From: Octopus sinensis
Taxonomy: Eukaryota
NCBI RefSeq assembly: GCF_006345805.1
Contig: NW_021827965.1
Coordinates: 1-9,373, forward strand
Length of the DNA stretch: 9,373 nucleotides
Direction: 5' to 3'
Under the pieces are notes generated by a model. That model worked only from the letters and a program-made list of their open reading frames with translations. It made no database searches and was not told the DNA's origin. Made by a program: the position numbers and the translations under genes. Positions within the stretch are counted from its first letter, which is position 1. Every line of letters starts with the position of its first letter. Of this stretch, positions 1 to 8,404 are shown piece by piece.

Positions 1-319
1 GTGTGAGTAGGTATGTGTGTGTGTATGTATTTATGTATATACGTATTTGCTTGTGTGTATGAATGCACAAGTTAAAGAAAAAGTACTCGGTGCATTGTGT
101 AGAGTTTTTTATCAATAGACGGGAATCACAGAGGCATAACTCAGGGTTTCTTATGTACAAAGGAACTTGTCTAATGATGATAACACCTTGATAAATGGAA
201 AATTAGCTGCATTTGTTTTGAGAGTTGACTCCTTAATGGCTGTTTCTAAGTCCGCTGTCCGTTAGACATGCCAGATCACGAGATAAAAATTGCAGTAAAA
301 AGCTTTTAAAGCTTTTAAA

Positions 320-725
320 CAGGGACGTGCCGCCTGGGTAGGCAAGGTAGGCAGTACCTACCCTAAATAAAATAGATCGATAGTAACACTTTTCTTTTAT
401 GACAATATATAGACCTAATTCAATAAAATTATGAAGGTTACTCTGATTACTATGCATGAATTACAAAATATCTTTTTTTTGTAGATTAGGTAGGCATAAT
501 TCGCCCCTGCCTTTCAGTCTCAGTATTTAAGCAACGCATAGGAGTGCTGTAGCACATGTGCTGCGTACATTCCTACAACAACGTTTTCTTTACGTGCTAT
601 AATGGCAGAAGTAAATCTGCCTCTAACTCAGTCTCATGCGCCTTTGTTTCGCTTATTTTTTTGTGTTTTACTACATAAACGTCACCAACTGCCTACCCTG
701 AGTAATTACTGATGGCACGAGCGTG
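320..725. mobile_element. Non-autonomous hAT-superfamily DNA transposon (MITE-like, ~406 bp)
   Basis: Exact 8-bp direct repeat CTTTTAAA immediately flanks both ends (312-319, 726-733). Ends are CA...TG. Left end CAGGGACGTGCCGCC vs reverse complement of right end CACGCTCGTGCCATC: 9/12 and 10/15 matches. Subterminal motif GGTAGGCA occurs at 337-344, 346-353 and 489-496, and inverted at 690-697 (variant at 355-362). An 8-bp TSD with short TIRs is the established hAT signature. No transposase coding inside. Confidence 0.8.
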
Positions 726-1428
726 CTTTTAAAGTCTGAGATTCTAATAGAAGTAAATGACCAATTCTGTCGATATTAACTTTCCTTCACAAAGGAGTTA
801 ACTCTTCTGATTGTTGCAGGTCGGTATTTCGAATCGGTTAAAGGTGATCCAGAAAAATGCTTGTAGTTTGGATGTATTCTTTCACAAAGAGGCAAAATCT
901 TCAATTACCTGATGCACTGGAGTAGGATGGGGCTCTGTTAACAAATGTTGGATGGGGAGTAATGAAGCCCTCCGTCTCTAAGCATCCATACAAAAATGGG
1001 GTAGGGAAGTGGAACTTAGACTGCGCTTGAACCTAAATATAGATGAGTGAATCTTCATAGAGACTAACATTTCCCTAAAACAGCCCCTAGTTAAGGCTTC
1101 TAGTGCAGGGAGTAGCCTTATCGAAAATTTCCCTTTTAAAGAATATATTTGCGACCCTAGTGCTTATGTTTATTCCTAGATTCTTAATCATAAATGGCTG
1201 GTTGCTTGCTTGCTTGGTTGCTCTCGTAGCTAAATTCCGTCCCCTCGCTTAGTTTTCTATTTCGATTGATCAAATGCAGAAGTGGGAGAGTGGTCAATAC
1301 TGACTGACCACTGGCTATCCAATGAGTCGATAAACATCTGAATTTTTGTTTTTTACCTATCTCATAAAGTATTTTCGTTAAATTGCATAAAATATTATTA
1401 AAAAGGTATAATGAGACAAATGGATAGA

Positions 1429-1761
1429 CATCCTCATCTCCATCATCTTCAATCTCATCCTCATCCTCACCATCATCATTATCCTCATCCTCATCATCCT
1501 CATCATCATTATCCTCATCATCGTCATCATCCTCATCTTCATCATCTTCATCCTCATCATTTTCATCCTCACCATCATCATCATTATCATCATTATACTC
1601 ATCATCATCATTATCATCATTATACACATCATCATCATCATCATCATTATACTCATCATCATCATCATCATCATATCCTCACCATCATCATTATCCTCAT
1701 CATCATAATCATCATCATCATCGTCCTCCTCCTCCTCATCATCATCACCATCGTCATCATC
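1429..1761. repeat. Degenerate (CAT/ATG)n trinucleotide microsatellite
   Basis: CAT triplets with CCT, CTT, TAT, CGT and CAC variants. It produces the poly-His, poly-Met, poly-Asp/Glu and poly-Ile ORFs of the track. Confidence 0.95.
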
Positions 1762-2123
1762 CTAGACTCGAGTGGGTCTATTGAAATGTGAGTGAAAGTT
1801 GCAAAAATGGTTAGGGTGGATGGTACCTCTCGAAGTGTGGACCTGTTAGTCAGAAAGAAGGAACTGGAGATGGCGCTCCCTTTTAGGATTTCAAGAAAAT
1901 CTTGGACGGTGAAGTTCCCCGATTATCCCAGGAGGGCCACACCTATATCATCCTCCCCGCCTTTTTTAACCCTCGCATGCTATGCATATGTCCCTTCGTT
2001 TTCAGTGTAAAAAAACCCTGTAAACTTATTTTTTATCATTTCATTATGATATGTAATACACAACACTTTATCTCTGTCACTGTATTGACCCCTCATTCTT
2101 TGCTCTTGTGGCAAATAAATGAA

Positions 2124-2213
2124 ATCATCATTATTATTATTATTATTTTATTATTGTTGTTATTGTTGTTGTTCTTGTTGTTATTGTTGTTGTTGCTGTT
2201 GTTGATGTTGATG

Positions 2214-2254
<41 letters not shown>

Positions 2255-2264
2255 GCTGCTGTTG
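2124..2264. repeat. Compound (ATT)n/(GTT)n microsatellite
   Basis: ATT run, then GTT/GAT/GCT variants, then a near-pure (ATT)n at about 2218-2251. Confidence 0.95.
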
Positions 2265-2362
2265 TGACAAGTACGAAATCAAAGTGTGGTGATATAGAAA
2301 TTGTCCATGCGAGATCACGTATTTGTGATCAAAGTATAGGCATCGAACATCAGTGAAATAAC

Positions 2363-2890
2363 AATCACCGTCACCATCATAATCATCATCATCATCAACA
2401 TCTGCATCAGCAGCAACAATCGAAACTTCATCACCATCATCATCATCATCACCATCACCATCACCAGCTTCAATATCATCAATATCATCATCCTCGTCAT
2501 CATCATCCCCATCATCATAGTCATCATCGTCACCAGCTTCTCCACCTTCACGTTCTCCTACTACTCCTACTCCTTCATCTCCTCATCCTTGTCATCATCA
2601 TCATCATCATCATCATCATCGCCATCATCGCTGCTATCATCATCGTCTTTTCCGCCGTCAATTGCCAGCATCGGCATCATCATCATTGTCATCATCATCA
2701 TCATAACCATCATCACCACCACCATCGACAACAAGAAACCGGTAAAACTACTACTGCTGCTACTACTACTACTACTACTAATACATATACTATATCTGCT
2801 GCATTGTCACCAACTTCGTTATCGTCTTCATTAAAACTCTTGAGTTCATCATCATCATCATCATCGGCAGCAGCAGCAGCAGCAGTAGCA
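2363..2890. repeat. Compound degenerate trinucleotide microsatellite (CAT/CAC, then CTA, then CAT/CAG)
   Basis: CAT-type repeats at about 2363-2735, (CTA)n at about 2747-2780, and (CAT)n followed by (CAG)n at about 2847-2890. Confidence 0.9.
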
Positions 2891-2952
2891 GAAGTGCAAT
2901 TTTCATTCGCCAAACGACCATCAACTCCTCCCCGCCACACACTGCACTTCTA

Positions 2953-2976
2953 CATCGTCATCATCATCATCATCAA

Positions 2977-3015
<39 letters not shown>

Positions 3016-3043
3016 TATCATTGTCAATCTTCATCATCATCAA

Positions 3044-3098
<55 letters not shown>

Positions 3099-3135
3099 GT
3101 CATCATCATCATCTTCATCATTATCATTGTCAATC

Positions 3136-3195
<60 letters not shown>

Positions 3196-3232
3196 GTCAT
3201 CATCATCATCTTCATCATTATCATTGTCAATC

Positions 3233-3268
<36 letters not shown>

Positions 3269-3319
3269 GTCATCATCATCATCTTCATCATTATCATTGT
3301 CAATCTTCATCATCATCAA

Positions 3320-3372
<53 letters not shown>

Positions 3373-3418
3373 CCGTCATCATCACCATCATCGTCATCAT
3401 CGTCAATCTTCATCACCA
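2953..3418. repeat. Higher-order (CAT)n array (minisatellite built from a microsatellite)
   Basis: Marker TTATCATTGTCAATCTT starts at 3015, 3121, 3218 and 3291, with a degenerate GTCAATCTT at 3402. An identical 44-nt block CGTCATCATCATCATCTTCATCATTATCATTGTCAATCTTCATC sits at 3098, 3195 and 3268. Confidence 0.9.
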
Positions 3419-3616
3419 CTTACTTGCCTACTTGTATGTGTGTGTTTGTGTTTGTGTGTGTGTGTATGTGTGTTTGTGGGTGGCGGCCATGGTCCTCACC
3501 TATTTTCATTCTTGTTAAACATTCTCGGGGAGTTTTTTCTTTTAGTTTCTTTCCAATTTATTTCACAGAATTTCTTTCTGTAAGGTTTTTAGAGACTTGG
3601 TTATATTCTACACAAT

Positions 3617-3669
3617 GTATATAAATATATATATATATGTTGTGTGTGAGTGTATGTGTGTTATATATA

Positions 3670-3714
<45 letters not shown>

Positions 3715-3740
3715 CATATATATAATATGCATATATATAT
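3617..3740. repeat. (TA)n/(TG)n dinucleotide microsatellite
   Basis: Long interrupted TA run with a TG-rich block. Confidence 0.95.
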
Positions 3741-4205
3741 AGGTGGAATGACATAAATATATTTATAGAGATACATGTGTTATTTATTTATATACCTCGA
3801 TGCACTTATCCTTATTTATACAAGCACACACACATACACATATACACATATACACATAAATCCATATATATATATATATATACATACAGCACACATACAT
3901 ACATACATCTCTGTATATACACACATTATACACGCAATGTATATACATATATATATATATACATGTATATAGGTGGAATGACATAAATATATTTATAGAG
4001 ATACATGTGTTTATTTATTTATATACCTCGATGTACTTATCCATATTTTTATACAAGCACATACACATACACATATACACATAAATCCCTATATATATGT
4101 ATATATATATATATATATATATTACATACAAGCATCTGTATATATACACACATATATATACACACACACATATATATATGATCAATGTACATATACATAT
4201 ATATA
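3736..4205. repeat. Two-copy tandem duplication, ~230-bp unit
   Basis: The 45 nt at 3736-3780 are identical to 3966-4010 (TATATAGGTGGAATGACATAAATATATTTATAGAGATACATGTGT). Downstream anchors ATACCTCGATG, TATACAAGCACA, CATAAATCC, TCTGTATATA and CAATGTA recur in the same order, with substitutions and microsatellite length changes. Confidence 0.9.
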
Positions 4206-4674
4206 CATACACCTATACAAAATACATATGCATATATATGATCAATGTATGTGCATGTGAGAATGTTTACATAGACATACACATATAAACTTCCTCTCCC
4301 CCTCTCTCTATATATGTATATGTGTGTATATATTGGTGTTTTTTTTCTGTTCTGATGTTATGTACCATTTTATTTACTTGTTTTTCAGAGATGGACCTCT
4401 TCTCGTAATCACCCACACACCCTGTTATCCAACCAAGTAGATTTTATTCTAGCAGACAATTCTACTTACCAAATTTCAACCATATCCAACATTGTCATCC
4501 GTGCCATATATTTTCTCCCTTTATTCACAGTTCGTGACTGAGGACGTATGAAAGTGAACGATATATATGCGACCACACGGATGTACATGTGTCTATGCTT
4601 TCAAATCTCCGTATAAGTGTAAGGTAGCTATAGGAGAGCCAGTAGCACCTATTCAGTATTCACCCTCGTACATG

Positions 4675-4678
4675 AAAG

Positions 4679-4722
<44 letters not shown>

Positions 4723-5161
4723 CATTATATATATATATATACATACACACACATGTATATCTATGCATATAAGTATATATGCATATAGGTACATATACAT
4801 ATATACATATGTATTTATATACAGATATATATATGGATGTATATACATGTATATATAATATAATATATATATATATAGAACTAGATTTAGATATATAGAT
4901 ATATACACACAAAACACATATATATATGAATATTTATATAGAGAGATATATGCATATACGTACATGTACATATATCCATATATATATATATATATATATA
5001 CATATATACATACATATATACACTCAGACACACATGTATATAAATACATAGGCATGATAGATGGAGAGAGACATGTTTCCATGTAACTTTATCTATCACT
5101 CTCTCTTTCGATATATATATATATATTATATATATATATATTCATATATATATATATATGA

Positions 5162-5192
<31 letters not shown>
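4675..5192. repeat. Compound (TG)n/(TA)n/(CA)n/(TACA)n microsatellite region
   Basis: Dinucleotide and tetranucleotide low-complexity runs. The overlapping ORFs are I/Y/V/C/H/T repeat translations. Confidence 0.92.
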
Positions 5193-5193
<1 letters not shown>

Positions 5194-5214
5194 GAATGAA
5201 TGTTTTTATATATA

Positions 5215-5420
5215 ATGAACGTGAAATACAGGAAGGACGAACACGGAACACAGACAAATCATTCGAAGCCTTCAATCTTCAGTCAGACACCGAATCATCA
5301 TAGCAAATTTCGGCTGTTCAATTCTGATATTGCTCCAACTCGGCCAGCCCCAAGAAAAAAAACTAAGCTGTAAGCATTAGATTTCTTGGTAGAAGACAGG
5401 AATGTGAACGCACAAGACGG
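5215..5420 (-). mobile_element. Possible Penelope-like element terminal (pLTR) remnant or other interspersed repeat, between TA tracts
   Basis: Complex-sequence island bounded by (TA)n on both sides. It resembles a repeat I recall from octopus assemblies (not verifiable here). The minus strand carries CTGAAGA-11 nt-GAAT, similar to the hammerhead cores of Penelope pLTRs. Family assignment is inference. Confidence 0.35.
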
Positions 5421-5422
5421 AT

Positions 5423-5473
5423 CTATATATATATATATATATATTTATATATAATATATATATATAAATATTA

Positions 5474-5504
<31 letters not shown>

Positions 5505-5505
5505 A
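5423..5505. repeat. (TA)n microsatellite
   Basis: Interrupted TA run. Confidence 0.95.
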
Positions 5506-5686
5506 TACAAAGAGAGAGAGAGTACTTATTGTAAACCCAAAAAAATCTTTTGCAGTCCGTAGCTTTTCATTAAATAATGAGCTAAAGGTATATAATAAAT
5601 ACAGAAAAAAAACAAGACAGGATACAGCAACAGATGCTCGCCAAATCCTCATCGGTATCAGCCAGAAGGTCGACTACAATTTCGCG

Positions 5687-5687
<1 letters not shown>
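5506..5687 (-). mobile_element. Possible second Penelope-like terminal remnant between TA tracts
   Basis: A-rich complex island bounded by (TA)n. The minus strand has CCGATGA-GGATTTGGC-GAGC, a poorly conserved hammerhead-like core. Weak inference. Confidence 0.2.

Positions 5688-5720
<33 letters not shown>
5688..5720. repeat. Pure (TA)n tract abutting the LINE 3' end
   Basis: Uninterrupted TA run directly adjoining the RTE stop codon. Confidence 0.95.
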
Positions 5721-5722
<2 letters not shown>

Positions 5723-6328
5723 TCTTGACTGACCAGTCCGTCGGGTGTCCATTTGACACCGCTGGTCACAGCACGCTGTCCACTCCCCGGTGGATCGCGC
5801 CTTCTTCATCCAAGTGATTCCAATCGCCCTCCTAAAATCATAGCTCCACCGTAGTGGAGGCCTTCCCAGTGGTCGTTTCCGCTCGCGCGGGTACCACTAG
5901 TCAACTGCGTGGGTTAACCGATTATCGGTGAGCCGGGCGACGTTACCAGCCCATTTAAACTTGCTGCGTGTATATTCTACGATGACATCCCTCACGCCGG
6001 ACTTCTGTCTGATGACCTCGCTACTGATGTGCTCTTTCAACGAGATTCCAAGCATTGACCTCTCCATGGCTCTTTGAGCCGTTATCAATCTCTGCTCTTC
6101 TCTCTTTGTTGTAGCCCATGTTTCCCTACCATATAACATTGCAGGTAGAACTGTACTGTTGATGAGTTTGGCGCAGGTGGTCCTGTCAAACCTTCCCTTG
6201 AGCACATCACTTATGCCATTGAACGCCTTCCATCCGGCCCTTACTCTCCCCGAGATCTCCTTTTCGATATCTCGGCACATATTCACTTCCTGTCCCAGGT
6301 AGACATATTCCTTTACTTCCTCTATTTC
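5720..6328 (-). mobile_element. 5'-truncated RTE-clade non-LTR retrotransposon (end of RT domain plus C-terminus), pseudogenised
   Basis: One frame of 203 codons: EIEEVKEYVYLGQEVNMCRDIEKEISGRVRAGWKAF...STVLPAMLYGRETWATTKREEQRLITAQRAMERSMLG...KFKWAGNVARLTDNRLTHAVD*WYPRERKRPLGRPPLRWSYDF...TGQSR*. The motifs YxYLG, VLPAMLYGxETW, WAGHVAR-like and RxxGRPxxRW are established RTE ORF2 features. One internal TAG (5897-5899), terminal TGA at 5720-5722, no frameshift. Confidence 0.93.
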
Positions 6329-6862
6329 AGGAGGTAACGGAATAGATGTGTGTGTGTGTGTGTGAGGGATTATGTAAAAACATATATAATAGTGTGTATA
6401 TGTGTATATGTGGACGTCTGAGCTAAAGTGTGCGTGTGAGCGCGCTTTATGTATGCACGTATGTATGTAATATATGTTTGCATGTATGTGTGCGTGTGTA
6501 AATGTATGTATTGTGTTTATGTTCGTCTTCTTGTGTACTTAGTGTTCTGTTACACTCGTGTGATTTGATGTGTATTTTATGTACATCGTACTCTACCCTA
6601 CAGGCGTTGAGACATACTTGATTACAATAGATACACACACACACACTCACACACATAGAAATACACACATACACATTTATAACTACATAAATCCCTACAC
6701 ACTCGCACACATACAGCCGAGGCGACCTATCCCTCACAAGCGACATAAAGACATTTCCATAAACCCATCTGACTATGTTAACATCTCCAATGTCAACGCT
6801 TGGCTCTGCCAAAGTCAGATTCTTTCAATGCCGTAATGTCACTTTCTTTATTTAACATCCAG

Positions 6863-6950
6863 AATATGGATTGTATTCACAATGCATATCGAAGCCGGCA
6901 CCTTGCAATACGCCTCGCTCCCATTAGTAGAATGTTTTATTTTATGGGAG
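6863..6950 (+). other. Candidate spliced internal exon (88 nt), product unknown
   Basis: Acceptor CACTTTCTTTATTTAACATCCAG| and donor GAG|GTGAGT. Two of three frames are open. No protein family recognised. Confidence 0.35.
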
Positions 6951-7052
6951 GTGAGTGAAGGAACATATGCAAATATCGCAAATACGAATTGTGAGGGCGA
7001 AGAAGAATAACGAAATAACGGAATAAACTTGCTATTCGGAGTTGTTATTTCA

Positions 7053-7058
7053 TATATA

Positions 7059-7111
<53 letters not shown>

Positions 7112-7248
7112 CATGTGTGTGTGTCTGTGTGTATGTATATGTATGTGTGCGTGTATATGTATGTATGTGTGTATGTGTATATATATATATAATATATATA
7201 TGGATGGATGGATGTATATGTGTGTGTGTATATGTATTTATGTATATA

Positions 7249-7282
<34 letters not shown>

Positions 7283-7470
7283 ATGTAGTGTTGTGTGTGT
7301 TGTGGTGTAAGTGTTACATATATATGTCAGCATGTGCACGCATGGAAGCACATTAGACGTCCATATATATATATATATATTATATATATATATATATATA
7401 GATATTATATATATATATCTTACATACATACATGCATACATACATACTACACACACATACTTACTTTCAT
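7053..7470. repeat. Compound (TA)n/(TG)n/(TATG)n microsatellite region
   Basis: Low-complexity dinucleotide and tetranucleotide runs with short complex interruptions. Confidence 0.92.
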
Positions 7471-8271
7471 AACTACATATATATGTTCTTTGTAAAAGTC
7501 TACGGATGAGCTCATAGAGTGTACGTATCGTCTTGTGTAACACATGCGGCAGTCTCTCAAGCGGGTAATTTCTTCAGGGACAATAATTCAGTAGACAACA
7601 ATTTATGTCTACAATATTCAATGAATTCACGCAACGCAATATTCAAAAGTACATACAGACAACTGTCAACACATTATTGAACGGAGAAATGGTTTCAGTT
7701 GTTGACATCCAGATCGGATTATTACAAAAAAATGAGGGGAAATCGTTTCAGGTACAGGATAAACCAAAACCTACACAAACTGAAAGTTCACTTATTTACT
7801 ACTCAGGCCCAGAAAATCTTTGACACCATGTGTGGCATATTTCGCTGAAACTGCCCCGCTTTCTTTCAATCATGAAATATCTATATGCACTTATATTGAG
7901 TTCTACACCATGTTATTAAAATCGCATTGTCTCAGTGTTATATTACATTTTAGATTTAATTTTTTCGTTTTCCGTTTATTTAACATTCCGCGTTTTATAT
8001 ATTCTGCATTCTCAGCTTTTTCGCGTTTCTTCTCTTATTCGATGTTTTTAGTTCGTCATGATTTCTGGTTTGTGCCCGATGATTATGCCTGAGATAATTC
8101 TATATATATGAAACTATTAGTAGCACTTAAAGACATGTATTGTGCCCTTTAATTAAATAATATTTATTTCTCATCAGATGGAGTACGTTTTTGTTGATGT
8201 TTCTATCACGGAACAGTACAGTGTATGTTTGTGTGCGTGCGTGTGTGTGTGTGTGTATGCGTGTGTGTGAC

Positions 8272-8404
8272 GGCGCGTGGCTTAGTGGTTAGGGCATTCG
8301 ACTCACAATCGTAAGGTCGTGAGTTCAATTCCCGGCGACGCGTTATGTCCTTGAGCAAAACACTTAATTTCACGTTGCCCCAGTCCATTCGGATGGCGAA
8401 AATG
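8272..8404 (+). mobile_element. tRNA-derived SINE, 5' head plus conserved core, truncated at 3'
   Basis: Pol III A-box TGGCTTAGTGG (8278-8288) and B-box GAGTTCAATTCC (8321-8332). These are followed by TGTCCTTGAGCAAAACACTT (8346-8365), which resembles the conserved core of Meta/MESC-type mollusc SINEs (core assignment is inference). It begins immediately after a (TG)n tract. Confidence 0.85.

Noticed and set aside
233-457. 74-aa minus-strand ORF
   Set aside because: It crosses the hAT element boundary and has no domain similarity, so it is incidental.
805-870. Possible terminal exon TTGTTGCAG|GTCGGTAT… reading RYFESVKGDPEKCL*
   Set aside because: Only an acceptor-like signal and 14 residues, with no recognisable homology.
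945-1180. Long plus frame with two stops, and minus-strand KNLGINIS (YLG-like) peptide, suggesting an old retroelement
   Set aside because: No diagnostic RT or endonuclease motif can be confirmed by eye. It needs BLASTX.
1289-1312. 8-bp inverted repeat AGTGGTCA/TGACCACT; similar 7-bp IR at 7591-7612
   Set aside because: Short hairpins of this size are expected by chance in 9 kb, and they have no TSD or other supporting context.
1750-1792. IVIILDSSGSIE resembles the vWA MIDAS motif (DxSxS) and is followed by GTGAGT
   Set aside because: The hydrophobic residues come from the CAT repeat, a stop follows immediately, and no acceptor keeps the motif in a sensible exon. Likely coincidence.
1792-2010. 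FKKILDGE (ATP synthase beta C-terminus-like) after CTCCCTTTTAG, and GTSRSVDLLVRK (APE endonuclease-like) in another frame
   Set aside because: Each similarity is only 8-12 residues and does not extend on either side.
3015-3410. CRISPR-like look (constant block with variable spacers)
   Set aside because: The spacers are just (CAT)n of differing length, the context is eukaryotic, and there are no cas genes.
1184-3624. Long poly-His, poly-Met, poly-Asp, poly-Ile, poly-Ser and poly-Leu ORFs (up to 259 aa)
   Set aside because: They are direct translations of CAT/ATT/GTT triplet repeats, open in several frames and on both strands at once, with no domain content.
3558-5652. Many 63-140 aa ORFs rich in Y/I/C/V/H/T
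   Set aside because: TA, TG and CA dinucleotide repeats lack stop codons in these frames, so the ORFs are artefacts.
6308-6339. Strong plus-strand acceptor CCTTTACTTCCTCTATTTCAG followed by GAG|GTAACG
   Set aside because: The pyrimidine tract is simply the antisense of the purine-rich RTE coding sequence. A 3-nt exon is not supportable without junction reads.
8272-8340. Possible tRNA gene
   Set aside because: A and B boxes are present, but I cannot fold a convincing acceptor stem, and the sequence continues into a SINE core. It is a tRNA-derived SINE head.
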